From Spongospora subterranea f. sp. subterranea (taxonomy: Eukaryota): 64,000 nt of DNA. Numbering within the stretch: the stretch's first letter is position 1; each line of letters opens with the position of its first letter. The position numbers and the translations under genes were made by a program. Positions 11,918 to 23,496 of this stretch are shown one piece after another. The notes beneath the pieces are model-generated. The model was not told the origin of the DNA. It searched no databases and saw only the letters and a list, made by a program, of their open reading frames with translations. Location: contig JAUGWO010000112.1 in assembly GCA_049724395.1 (NCBI GenBank), positions 62,001-126,000 on the forward strand, in the 5' to 3' direction.

Positions 11918-14900
11918 GAGTCCGGGTTGCGAGCACCCTTAAATGTGCGTACAGCAACCATAGTGCAACCATGTTTGAGGTCATGACCAACCACATATAG
12001 GATTATGAACAACCAAGAATTGGGTTATGAACACCCAAACCAGAATATGCGTAAAGTTAGGTCCCGACCACTGTTATTTCTGGGCAACCCAACCTCTTAT
12101 GAGTTCTACACAACCTGAAATTGGATCACCAACGACCAGAATAGGGTCATCGACACCTAATGTCAAGGCAAATTCACCTCGCTAAGGAAGGGACGATTTT
12201 AGATTGTAATTTTTTGTTTACTGCTTTTCCAATCGTTTTGCACACCTTCGTATTATTCATTACCGAACATTGTCGAAAGGGGAATGTTGTGAAACGAATT
12301 CGGCTACAAGAAGGTCATGTTAACACTACTGATGTTGTGCTAGCGAAAATAGACAGCCTCAAAATCGCTGAAAACTAAGATAATCAGAATAATAACCAGC
12401 CGTTCGCATTCGGCTATAGTGAGCGCGAACCTTCGTATTGGAGTATTCATTACCGAACATCGTCGAAAAGGGAATAATAATTTATTTATCTTGGGGATAC
12501 TATTTAGCACATATTTTATTTATATGTATCAATCAAGCTCGAGGGCCGGGCCCGCCAATCTGCCCCTCCCTGGACCAGCGGCTCGACCAGGACGAAGGCG
12601 GTGACCAATTGGTGCTCTTCCGGGAACGGGATTACCCCGACCTCGTCCTCGACCATTGATATTTCTGTGAACGCGACCGCGGTGTCGTCTGCGAACGTTC
12701 GCAGACCGGTTAACTAGACGCTGCACGGGTGCTGGCATTCCAGGTATTTGCTTCCCGCATGCTGGCACGCATGGATAACATGGACGCATATCCCAAACTT
12801 GGAGAAATATTGACAGGAGCATTGCTGTTGTTCAAGGACAATCAGCCAACCAATGGGTGGCATGTGTGATTTCGGCAAAGCAACGTGACGATGTACATCG
12901 CGCGTACCTTGTTCGCATTGTGTGCAAGTCGATTAACCGTAGATCGTCAGTTTCTTCGTGGACGAAATTACATTTCACCAGGTCGGATTTGAAAATACTA
13001 TGCGATGCCATGCCTTTTTTAACTGCTTTCAACGCAGATGCGTCTGGAATGCCGATCTCTACAGCAAACCAATCATTGCCATTGTCAGAGAACGATTCAC
13101 TAGTAGAGTCAGCCATAATCTGATTGCGGGGGTGTTGATGAACCTATCTTGGTTGTAGGCAATCCCAGGCAATCCCACTCTTGGGTGTTTCTGATCCAGT
13201 ATTGGGGTGGCCGTCAACTCCTTGGCGCACTTTTTCATTGAGAAAAAGAACTGGCCACCCTAATTTTGGTATATTACACCCACGGTAGGGTTTTAACCAC
13301 CACACTCAGGATTATCACCAACCTGGAATAGGGTCTTCGGCACCCAAATGAAAAAGTGCGCCATGGAGTTGACGGCCACCCCAATACTGGATCAGAAACA
13401 CCCAAGAGTGGGATTGCCTACAACCAAGATAGGTTCACCAACACCCCCGCAATCAGATTATGGCTGACTCTACTAGTGAATCCGTCTCTGACAATGGAAA
13501 TGATTTGTTTGCTGTAGAGATCGGCATTCCAGACGCATCTGCGTTGAAAGCAGTGAAAAAAAGCCATGGCATCGCATAGTATTTTCAAATCCGACCTGGT
13601 GAAATGTAATTTCGTCCACGAAGAAACTGACGATCTACGGTTAGTCGACTTGCACACAATGCGAAAAAGGTACGCGCGATGTACATCGTCACGTTGCTTT
13701 GCCGAAATCGTCGACCAAGATAACATGTTCTGTGGGGTAAAATATGCGATCAACACATGCCAGATAGATGGAACGTCCGAAATCTTTCAGCAAGGGCTTC
13801 ACCTTGCCGAAATGGAGGAAAATGATGCTCGCTTCCCGTGCAAGCCTAAGGCAATCGGACTCATTGGAGTTGCCGTTGAACTGGTGTTTATTAAGTTGAG
13901 TTTCAGGTTACAACGCCTATGAAAAGAAATTTCGCTTCACTTCTGCACGACGATCCCAGACGGACGCCGAAGTTATTACAAAAGCATCTTACCAGGTGCT
14001 GCAGGGCCCTGGAGTTTGGGGAAATTGAGAGGGTACCGATGCCAAGTTTGCAACAAATACAGAATGTTGTGAAAAGGATTCGGTTACAAGAAGGCCATGC
14101 GAACACTACTGATGTGGTTCTAGCAAAATTGTCAGCCTTAAAATCGCTGACAACTGGGATACTCTACATTGGTCACCGCCTTCGTCCTGGTCGAGCCGCT
14201 GGTCCAGAGAGGAGCAGATTGGAGGGCCCGGCCTTCGAGCTTGATTGATACATATAAATAAAATATGTTTCTAAATATCCCCAAGATAAATAAATTATTA
14301 TTCCCTTTTCGACGATGTTCGGTAATGAATACTCCAATACGAAGGTTCGCGCTCACTATAGCCGAATGCGAACGGCTGGTTATTATTCTGATTATACCAG
14401 TTTTCAGCGATTTTGAGGCTGTCTATTTTCGCTAGCACAACATCAGTAGTGTTAAGATGACCTTCTTGTAGCCGAATTCGTTTGACAACATTCCCGTTTC
14501 GACAATGTTCGGTAATGAATAATACGAAGGTGTGCAAAACGATTGGAAAAGCACTAAACAAAAATTTACAATCTAAAATCGTTCCTTCCTTAGCGAGGTG
14601 AATTTGCCTTGACATTAGGTGTCGATGACCCTATTCTGGTCGTTGGTGATCCAATTTCAGGTTGTGTAGAACTCATAAGAGGTTGGGTTGCCCAGAAATA
14701 ACAGTGGTCGGGACCTAACTTTACGCATATTCTGGTTTGGGTGTTCATAACCCAATTCTTGGTTGTTCATAATCCTATATGTGGTTGGTCATGACCTCAA
14801 ACATGGTTGCTGTACGCACATTTTAGGGTGCTCGCAACCCGGACTCTTTTTCATTTGGGTGCCGAAGACCCTATTCCAGGTTGGTGATAATCCTGAGTGT

Positions 14901-14962
14901 GGTGGTTAAAACCCTACCGTGGGTGTAATATACCAAAATTACGGTGGCCAGTTCTTTTTCTA
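11918..14962 (-). mobile_element. Non-autonomous MULE-like element (outer copy) with 9-bp TSD ggctttggt
   Basis: TSD at 11909-11917 and 14963-14971. It retains an N-terminal HTMR.RYARCTSSRC segment and a SWIM finger CSCQYFSKFGICVH (~12780-12820). The DDE core is absent. Confidence 0.85.
13240..14846 (+). mobile_element. Second copy of the same MULE-like family, inserted in reverse into the outer copy, with 9-bp TSD tttttcatt
   Basis: TSD at 13231-13239 and 14847-14855; ends gagaaaaagaac... and ...cccggactc; transposase N-terminal fragments at 13566-13922 and 13919-14248. Confidence 0.85.
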
Positions 14963-15121
14963 GGCTTTGGTGAGCACGTCCGCGATATTCTCCTCGCTGG
15001 GGCAGTAGACCAGCTCGATCCGGTTTGCCTCGACCATCTCCCGTACGAAATGGAATCGAACGTCGATATGTTTCGTTCGTTTCCTCGACCTGCCGTTCGT
15101 GGCGAGCGCAATCGTGCTCTG

Positions 15122-15517
15122 GTTGTCTTCCATGATCTTTGTCGCAGCTGTTTGCCCTTGGCCTATCTCCAATAACAGGTTCTTGATTATGGGCTCGTCC
15201 TCGCCGAGCTTCTTCGTTCGGTACTCCAGTGAGTAGCGGAAGGCCGCCCGAGCGTTCTGGGCGCGGTGTGTGTTCCTCAGGGCCGCCCACGCGTCTCTTG
15301 CTGTTGTGCAGTCGTAGATGTGAGGATATACTGGTCCTCGGATAGGGCCTGAATCAGGACCGAGAAACACGCACCGCGCCCAGAACGCTCGGGCGGCCTT
15401 CCGCTACTCACTGGAGTACTGAACGAAGAAGCTCGGCGAGGACGAGCCCATAATCAAGAACCTGTTATCGGAGAAGGCCAAGGGCAAACAGCTGCGACAA
15501 AGATCATGGAAGACAAC
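15122..15517. repeat. About 150-bp inverted duplication of Copia sequence (arms 15122-15274 and 15366-15517)
   Basis: The arms are reverse complements with a few substitutions. Confidence 0.9.
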
Positions 15518-16803
15518 AGCAGCGTTTGAAGAATGGGAAAACGATATCGGCTGGGAACCGTCAGAACACGAAGTCGATGAACCATACGTACCAAGATGGG
15601 AAGACTACGAGGAATGGAAAGAACCCGAAAACGTACAATTTGAAGAATATGAAATATTCGAACATCCGTAGGATTCTATAATACTCCTACAGTACACGGA
15701 TTCTCGTTTCAATTGGCAATTCTCCCGGGGTGGTGCAAGAAGGTCATATGTTGAAATTCCGTGTATCCAAGGAAATCGAGTTTGAAGGTTTACAATATGG
15801 ATAGGAGCGTTGGTTTCATTGACAAGTCCTGAGGCGGCTGTTGATATCTTACCTCGACCAGTACCCGATAGATGCGACCATCTGTTTTCATCGCTAGAAA
15901 AAACTGAGATTGGGCAAGTTTCCGCACGCTTTAGCGGTTATTTTCAAGAACAAACAGTGTGGATCCATTTATAAAGCAAGGACAAATTCAACTCTTCCCT
16001 CTGTTGTTAAAGGGTTTGATAACTCGTGCGGTTGGCCGTCCCACTAAATTTGTCATGGAAGTGGAAGACCCGATGGATGAACTTCGCGTTCGAGAACTTA
16101 TTCAACATAAAAAACATGCAAACTGGACTGTTTATTAAGAGAATTAAATTGCGATATTTCGTCGGTTCTCTGTTTTCTTTTTTTTACAGCTATTGCTGCT
16201 GTCAGTTGTGTTGGGTCTGGTGCAAGATATAAACCTCATCGAATTGACAGCAATAGGGTCTATGTTTTGGTCGCAAGCCAATTTGGTGCAATTGCATGGC
16301 TCCATATCATCAAGACGAAACCTTCGCGTTGGTTGCGCTTCCAAGTCATTGGGAGGGTAATCGTTGAAGTGCAGCATGTTCGTAATGTGGATCAGGAACA
16401 GGCGGTGTGGCGACCATACGGGGTAAAATCACTGCATCACCATTCGCAAACGGTGGCGACCTGGAGACGTCGAAGTGCGATCCTGACTGCACAGCGTGAG
16501 CAATAAATGGGTTGTCGAACGAGGAGCCCTGCATATCTAAACACGAAATGGCAAACTAATCGCTGTACTGTCTGAACCCTGGCCTCCACCATGAACCTAT
16601 TTTTAGAAATTGCCGTCGAAAAAAATGCGTGGGCACAATGGGGGCGACGCCGCCTTTTATTTCAAAAACAAAAATTGGCCTCCAAATAGGTACAATTTTT
16701 TAATATTTTCTTGTTCCTTTGAAAAAATCCTGGCCGACCATCTTAGTTACGCACTTTTTTCAATATACAGTATGACCTTCTTGCACCACCCCGGCCGGAG
16801 AAT

Positions 16804-17551
16804 TAGGCCTCGGCAAGGTATGGTACTGTACGAGGTATTGGGTACGGTATTTTACCCCATCCAATACCTACAGTATACCAGTACCATTTAGGCTATTTAA
16901 ATCGTACCGGGTACGGTACACTTCACAGCTGTACCCGTACCTGTACGATTTTTAAAGACCGGCTGTGTCGTACCGTACCTATACCGTACCGTCAAAAACA
17001 TGGCCCTGGCCTGAAATACCCGTGCGTATTGCTGTGGTCGGTTTTAGACAAAGGCCTCGTCATAGCCGCGCACCACGAACCATTCCCGTTAATTTGAATC
17101 CAACTTTCATCTATATGCTTCTTCATATTGCCTAACGTGAGCCCAGACGTAGCTGACTTTGTGCCTTTTGCGGGATCCAGCCGTCGTGAGTAGTGGTTCC
17201 TCAGACAAGTCTTCAAATTCCACAACATTCGTATTTATTGAAGACTCGAGGTCTTCCATCACGTGGTGAACTGGTCTTTTTTCACTCGATAACGCGGTGA
17301 TTCAGGATCACGGCATGTCATGTCAGCTTCCGAGAATCGACAGCTCCATATAACGGGTTACGGGTATGGTACGCAGTCCTTAATTACAATGTACCTTCCC
17401 CTAACAACCGAAAAGGTACGGGTATAACGGGTACGATACAGACCCTGTACCCTCTACACCCGTACCTCGTACCCTATCTTTAAAAGGTACGGATTACGGA
17501 CTTTCAAATACCGGGTACTAAAGGTATCGTACCGTACCTTGCCGAGGCCTA
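16804..17551 (-). mobile_element. Non-autonomous hAT-like element
   Basis: TIR taggcctcggcaaggta(t/c)ggtac; dense subterminal gtacc/ggtac repeats; BED-finger-start remnant RKRHKVSYVWAHV on the minus strand. No clean 8-bp TSD. Confidence 0.7.
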
Positions 17552-18190
17552 TTCGCAATGCAGAGTATACGCTAACGTACACTAAATGTACGTTGTCGAG
17601 CTGCTCGCCATCTGTTCGCTCTACGGTACGGTCCACGCGCATTTAACTCGTCATAATCTGTTGATTGCGATCTGAATCCTCAAGGTCTCGTAATAACATC
17701 ATCTTGGAGTTTAGCGATGAGACCGACGGATTCTAATGTCCTTGGAGGGTATCATGAGGGCAATGATTTTAAGCGGACATATCAGGTATCTTTCATTTTA
17801 CGGCCTTTATTTGTAAAAACTGGGGCGACTATCAAATCCATTTTTTTTCTGTGGCAACGCCCATTACTTCCTGCTATTCTGACCATTTTTCTCAGGCCCA
17901 ACAAGAAAAAACATTCATTCAAAATCCATCTTCAGGAAAGGCGTTGCCCGATGTCCATACCAGCATTAAGGTATGTATTTCCTCATTGTCTCAGTACGAA
18001 TGACTCATGAGCTGCATAGGTTCATCATGCTCCCGGGGGCCGTAGTCAATGCCCATTTGGAACGAGTGCTGATGCGACAGCCACTCCAACTAGATCGAGA
18101 TCAAATTGTATGGAAACTCCTCCCAAATGGTCGAGATTTGTGTGCATAGATTGTAGCTGCTGCTGATATTTAATAATTTAGGAGCAAATC

Positions 18191-19256
18191 ATGACTACGC
18201 CAGTAAAGACTCGGGAGACACGTTCATCACTTCCTGTGTTAGATTATCCTTCTGAATCTGCAAAAGTCACTGAAAGTGGGCCAACTTGTAACTTCTACGA
18301 ACATAAATTCTCTATTCATATTACCGTGACATCAAAATCGCTGTTTCTTTTTAGACAATGCTGGCTTTGGCAAGGCGCGTCCGGAGCAGCATACTTCTGT
18401 AAAAATTTATCATGCTCCTGGAGGCAAGTCTTCCATTTCGTTTGGTGACGATGAGCCTGCAGCCTGTCCGTAGTCGTCATATCTTTAGAATTTTAGTCTC
18501 TCTTAAATGTCTATCTCATAGGCCGCAAAGATAACAGGAATTCGCACATAACTGAAGTAGTTCCTGAAATCTGCGACGTATCTGTTCCCGGAAAGGCGAG
18601 GCCTGAGCAGCATACCTCAGTTAAAATTTTTCATGCTCCTGGTGGATCTTCCAGCATGGCAGGCATTTTTGGCGGACAGGTATCGACAAGCAGTTCGACT
18701 GGAGGTGTATTTACGTTGTTTTTGTCAGGACGTTACGCCGTCCTTTTCTCGCAGCAAAGAAAATTCGGACCACGACGTTGTCAACCTTTCTCCCGAGCCT
18801 CATTATTCGTCCCAGAAAAAAACTCATAACGTGCGCTTTTTTCTGACACGTTCAAAACTGACGCCAATTTAATATGGGTGCTTTCAATTCAGGCTAATCA
18901 AGAGTCGGAACCCTGCGACGAGGACGCATGGCCGGCCTCTCAGGTAAAAATCGCGTGATTTCTAATTCATGAGCCATTTTATAATCTGTCATCTGACGTA
19001 GTCACGACATCATACTCCTCAAGACCATCATGAAAAGGACCCTGTCTCATCATTTCGCACTGGACGCTCCAACGTGTCTGGTAAAGTAGAAACACCTGTC
19101 CACATTCCTTCTCGATATGCGCCAGGTATCAAGTTTGCTCTTCAAAAACGTCATACTTACACTCCAAGTTCAGGTGGAAAATCCAGCGGCAATATCATTT
19201 CCTGGGCAATGATGGCTATAGCAGATTTGTTTTGTCTGGCGAGCGATGGCAACTAA
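18191..19256 (+). CDS. Multi-exon low-complexity protein with three APGGxSS motifs (SPIRAL1/Jupiter-HN1-like, putatively microtubule-associated)
   Basis: KIYHAPGGKSSISFG, KIFHAPGGSSSMAGIFG and spliced RYAP|GGKSSGNIISW, separated by short introns. Confidence 0.6.
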
Positions 19257-19490
19257 AACTTATCTTTTCCACAACTGTGTTTACACGCACACTCAGCATC
19301 TCTTTTTTCATGAAAGCAGATATCTCGACCCTAAATGTCGTCATGAACCGTCGACTGTACTTTTGATATTCCCCCTGTTATAGTGATAGTTCCCTGTAAA
19401 TTCGCATCCTGAGCGGCGTTGATTTGTGTGTTTAGACGCGCGTGTTTTTGGCGCGGCTTTCATACCTGTCTACTGTAGGGCATACAACAA

Positions 19491-21287
19491 CCGTAGACTC
19501 TCTTATAATTGATAGGGTCCGTGGACGGAAATTCAAACAATTATAAGAGAGTATCAATTATAAGAAATAAAAACTGCGTGCGCATTTTGCTTCTGCGTTC
19601 GCAAATATTAAGTGCGCTACTGCGAAACTGAAAAAAAAACAGCGGGAACTGCGCGGAGATGGTTTGACCCGGGAGTGTCGTCAAATCTCAGGCTCTTCGT
19701 TTGCAGCTCTGCTCGTTTCCCTGGTTGCTTGCTGTCTCGACGTCATTGATATGAATACGTGCGCTGGATGCAACGGCTCCATTAGTGGCCATCATCGGTA
19801 AGTTCACTCCCACCTGAGCTGATTGGAGAAGAGAAGATTTATAGAGTCTTAAGATGTCCTGGATGCTAGCGTTTCATGCACCCCTTCTGCGGGAAACCGT
19901 TTGAAATGGATGCTGAAGGATACGGCCAACGCATCTGGTGCTCAAAGTCCGGAGTGTGCTTGCTCGGAAAACATGAACGGGCGCCGTCATCTGAATCAGA
20001 TCTGGAATCGGATAGCAATTCTGATACGATGACTGCTTCTGGCGAAGAAATAGTTCTCGTGTCTTGCGCCGCTGCCGATTGCTCTCAGCCTAGGTCCAAA
20101 CTCTCTTCGGAGCAGCGCTTGCAAATTTGGCAAAAACATTCATCCGCTCCGAGGTTGACTCAAATGAAGCTGGCTGAATGGGCTACCGCGGAGTTTGGCC
20201 TCGACAAATTGACACAAGCGACGATCTCGACAGTCCTATCGGATTTTCGTGGAAAGTCTGCAAAAGGTGGCAACCTAACTAATGAGCAAGTTGGAATGGT
20301 AATTGCGAAAAGCAAAGAGAAAGGTATGACGCAACAGAAGCTCAGGCACTGGACGAAGAAAGAGTTCAATCTAAAAAATCTACCGAGTCAATCAACGATT
20401 TCGAATATCCTCAATAACAAGCGCGGAATTCCTGACCAATTGAGCGAAAATACGCGCTACCTGAAAAGAAAGCGGATTCTCAAATCGCCTGAACTTGACA
20501 ACGTTTTAGCTGAATGGATCATCCAACGTCAAGAAAACAGAGTGATCTTAACTTGGAACCTAGTTCAGGCAAAAGCTCGGGATTTCGCCGACCGGTTAAA
20601 ACTTCCAGAATACCAGCGACCTAGTTTCTCAGATGGATGGCTTGAAAAGTTTTTGGATCGTCATGGCCTCAGGACTGTCGTGATGTCTGGCGAAAGCGGG
20701 TCCGCCGATGTTGTTGCAATCAATGCGGCTCTTCCTGAACTCCGGGCAGTAATTAAGGAATACGCACCACAAGACGTCTTCAATATGGACGAAACCGGAC
20801 TGTTCTATTGTCTCGCCCCAGATCGGACAATTGCAACGCGACAGCTGGAGGGCATGAAGAAGGATAAGACCCGGATTAGCATTGCCCTGTGTGCTAATTC
20901 TGATGGAACAGAAAAAGACGAGCTTTTGTTCATCGGACATGCTGCGAAACCAAGAGCATTCAACAAGAAAAATGGAAAGGAACTCAGATTTTTTTACCGG
21001 AATAACAAGAAGGCTTGGATGACTTCTCTGCTCTTTCAAGAATGGTTGCAGCTTTTTGACGCTGTGTGTTGGTGCATTGTCAAGAAGTAAAAGGACACGA
21101 CGTTGCAGTCGTTTCATCCGAGAATCAAAAAGCTGCAACCATTCTTGAAAGAGCAGAGAAGTCATCCAAGCCTTCTTGTTATTCCGGTAAAAAAATCCGA
21201 GTTCCTTTCCACTGCAACGTCGTGTCCTTTTACTTCTTGACAATGCACCAACACACAGCGTCAAAGCAATTATAAGAGAGTCTACGG
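19491..21287 (+). mobile_element. pogo/Tigger-like (CENP-B HTH + DDE_1) DNA transposon, C-terminally deleted and rearranged
   Basis: 21-bp TIR ccgtagactctcttataattg at both ends. ORF 19876-21090 has two HTH repeats, FSDGWLEKF, VFNMDETGLFY, KDKTRISIALCANSDG and NKKAWMT. Confidence 0.92.
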
Positions 21288-21703
21288 ACACAATAATTAA
21301 CGTGGTGTGTACACCCGATCGGGAGATTGGGTAACATGTATTGGTGTACACTGTACACGAGTTGGATACAGTCCCCTTAAGTGACTGGTGTTGTACCCTT
21401 GGCGGGGCCTCCACACTCCATCTCGACCTCCGTCGCAGTGTATTACCGTAACTTGCTATTGTCACCACCGACCTATTGGTCACAAATCTCTCTGCATTTA
21501 TCGCTTGATATTGAGCGATTACCGCCCCGAATCGGTTATTGTCATTGCCCTAGCACAGCTTGGCGCACGCCTCCTGACTTGATTTCATTCTGTGCGCGAC
21601 CGGACGCTTAGACAACAATTTCCGCTAGCGGAGCGGAGTGTGTCACATTTAACTTGGGCCCAAGTTTCAACCGAACTTTGCACCGCCGTGTAGATAACAT
21701 ACC

Positions 21704-23194
21704 ATGGCTGATCAAGTGTCTATCACTCCTCGAAGATCACTATTATTGTCGATAAAGAAGTTATTCTGGTCGACTCAGCAGCAACCAGACATGGTCCGTT
21801 CATTCAAATTTCCACATGGTTATCTGGCCACTTGCTTGATAGAACATTACACTTGTTTTTCACCAGTGCCAATTCTTTTATTGATTTTGGGGTGTAGGAC
21901 CCTCCTGGAACATTCACATCGCCTGAAAAAATGATCAAGCGACTGTCGATAACATCGCAGTCGCCAATTGCATCTGCAAAATCACAAAAGAGATCTGCCG
22001 CGGTTGAGAAAGCTTGCAGACGAATTTTTCATGAAGACCAACCCGAGCCTGAGGGAGAACCTGCACTGGAAGGACCAGGTGACCTATTGCCTTACGCAAA
22101 ATCGCTCCGCTAATTGCCAAATGTGTTTGATTTTAGTGCAAAAGGAAGAAGTGTTGTTCTCTCCTGCGTTTTCTAGGCTTGACGAAGACGAAAGCTCTGA
22201 TTCGGAAAGATCACGGGAGCACGTTGTCGAAAAAAAGCATGTAGTTGTTCATGAACCAGGTCAGAAATTATATTGATTATCGGAATGACTTCAACGCTCA
22301 TGCATCTTAGCTGAGAAAGACGATCCGGAGTTTGATTTTTGCCCATATCGGTTCATCAAGTCGTTACCTAGAGTTGATACAATATCCATGTCGCGTCCTC
22401 CGGTCCTGCCCATCAAGCATGCTAAATATCACGAGTGTATGACGCTGGTCTTAGACCTGGACGAAACTTTAGTCCATTGCTCTGTGGACCCACTGGAGAA
22501 CAGCGAACTCACCTTTCCTGTTGTGCATTGTGGCCAAGAGTAGGTCCATTGTTGCTTTTGATCCGCCCTTAAAGTTCACATTTTTCCGTTTAGGTATCAG
22601 GTTCACGTCCGTCGTCGACCGTTTTTCAAGGAGTTCTGTGAGAAGGTTATCTTCCACACGATGTTCCTATATATTCAAGTTTTTCTGAGTTCGATTTAAT
22701 GAGGCAGGTTTCGGAATGGTTTGAAGTTGTTATTTTTACGGCCTCTCAACGAGTCTACGCTGATCGCCTCTTGGATATATTGGATCCTGAGGGGACATAC
22801 TTTCAGCATCGCCTATTTAGGTGCATTCCAAGTCCTCAGTCGCGTTGGCCCTTAATTAATTCTCAATTTCCAGGGACCACTGCCATTATCACGATGGCAA
22901 TTACCTAAAGGATCTTCGAGTTCTAAACAGGGACCTGAGCCGTGTTGCGATAATTGGTAAATCCGCCACGAATATCGGTCTTTCATAAAATTGATCGCCG
23001 TTGCAGACAATTCTGTTCAGGCATTTGGCCTTCATCTTGATAACGGTATTCCAGTAGAAAGCTGGTTTAGCGAAGATTGCGACAGCGAATTGATGCGTCT
23101 GATACCGTTTTTACAAGGGCTGCGAAATCAAAACGATGTTCGACCCCATATTCGTAGACAGTTCCGCTTGCAAGAAGTGGTCAACAGTCTTTAA
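21704..23194 (+). CDS. CTDSPL2: CTD small phosphatase-like protein (NIF/FCP1 HAD family), multi-exon
   Basis: [66 protein letters not shown]. Confidence 0.9.
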
Positions 23195-23325
23195 TATCCG
23201 ACGGGTCAAAGCGCTTCCGCTCCGTTCACTGTTTCAAAAACTACATCAACCGCACCCATTCAATTGATTAAACTCCATCTGGACAGCAATCATGTCGCAA
23301 CTGGACTTCAGCCGTTGGCAGTGTT

Positions 23326-23342
23326 GTGTGTGTGTGTGTGTG
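23326..23342. repeat. (TG)n microsatellite
   Basis: tgtgtgtgtgtgtgtg run. Confidence 0.8.
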
Positions 23343-23496
23343 ATGAAATATTCAGATTTCGAACAAATGGGATTAATTCTGAGATATGATTGGATGATGT
23401 GCCCGAGGTGTATAAAATATCCAGAAACAGAGGATCTACTGCCATCCTGGTCGTGATCATATCCCCCTTTCCGTTCAGACTTTGATTGCCCAGCCA

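Larger units (their letters stand above)
7164..15370 (-). mobile_element. Degenerate Ty1/Copia LTR retrotransposon (internally deleted, interrupted by two MULE insertions)
   Basis: RNase H EDNQSTI...KRTKHIDVRFHFVRE...ADVLTKA (14960-15370 ORF) continues as LTKALPVDKFREFR left of 11920. A purine tract precedes TGTTGAA at 11833. The LTR is completed by 7164-7183, ending TTCAACA. Gag-like TTARDAWAALR is present. Confidence 0.85.

Noticed and set aside
11918..14846. Single fold-back element with ~690-bp TIRs
   Set aside because: The flanks of those arms do not match; two separate 9-bp TSD pairs show nested copies instead.
15520..16600. Acidic and Cys-rich short ORFs
   Set aside because: No recognisable family or coherent gene model.
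20629..21483. 284-aa minus-strand ORF with transposase residues
   Set aside because: It is an artefact of the internal inversion plus antisense reading of the pogo ORF.
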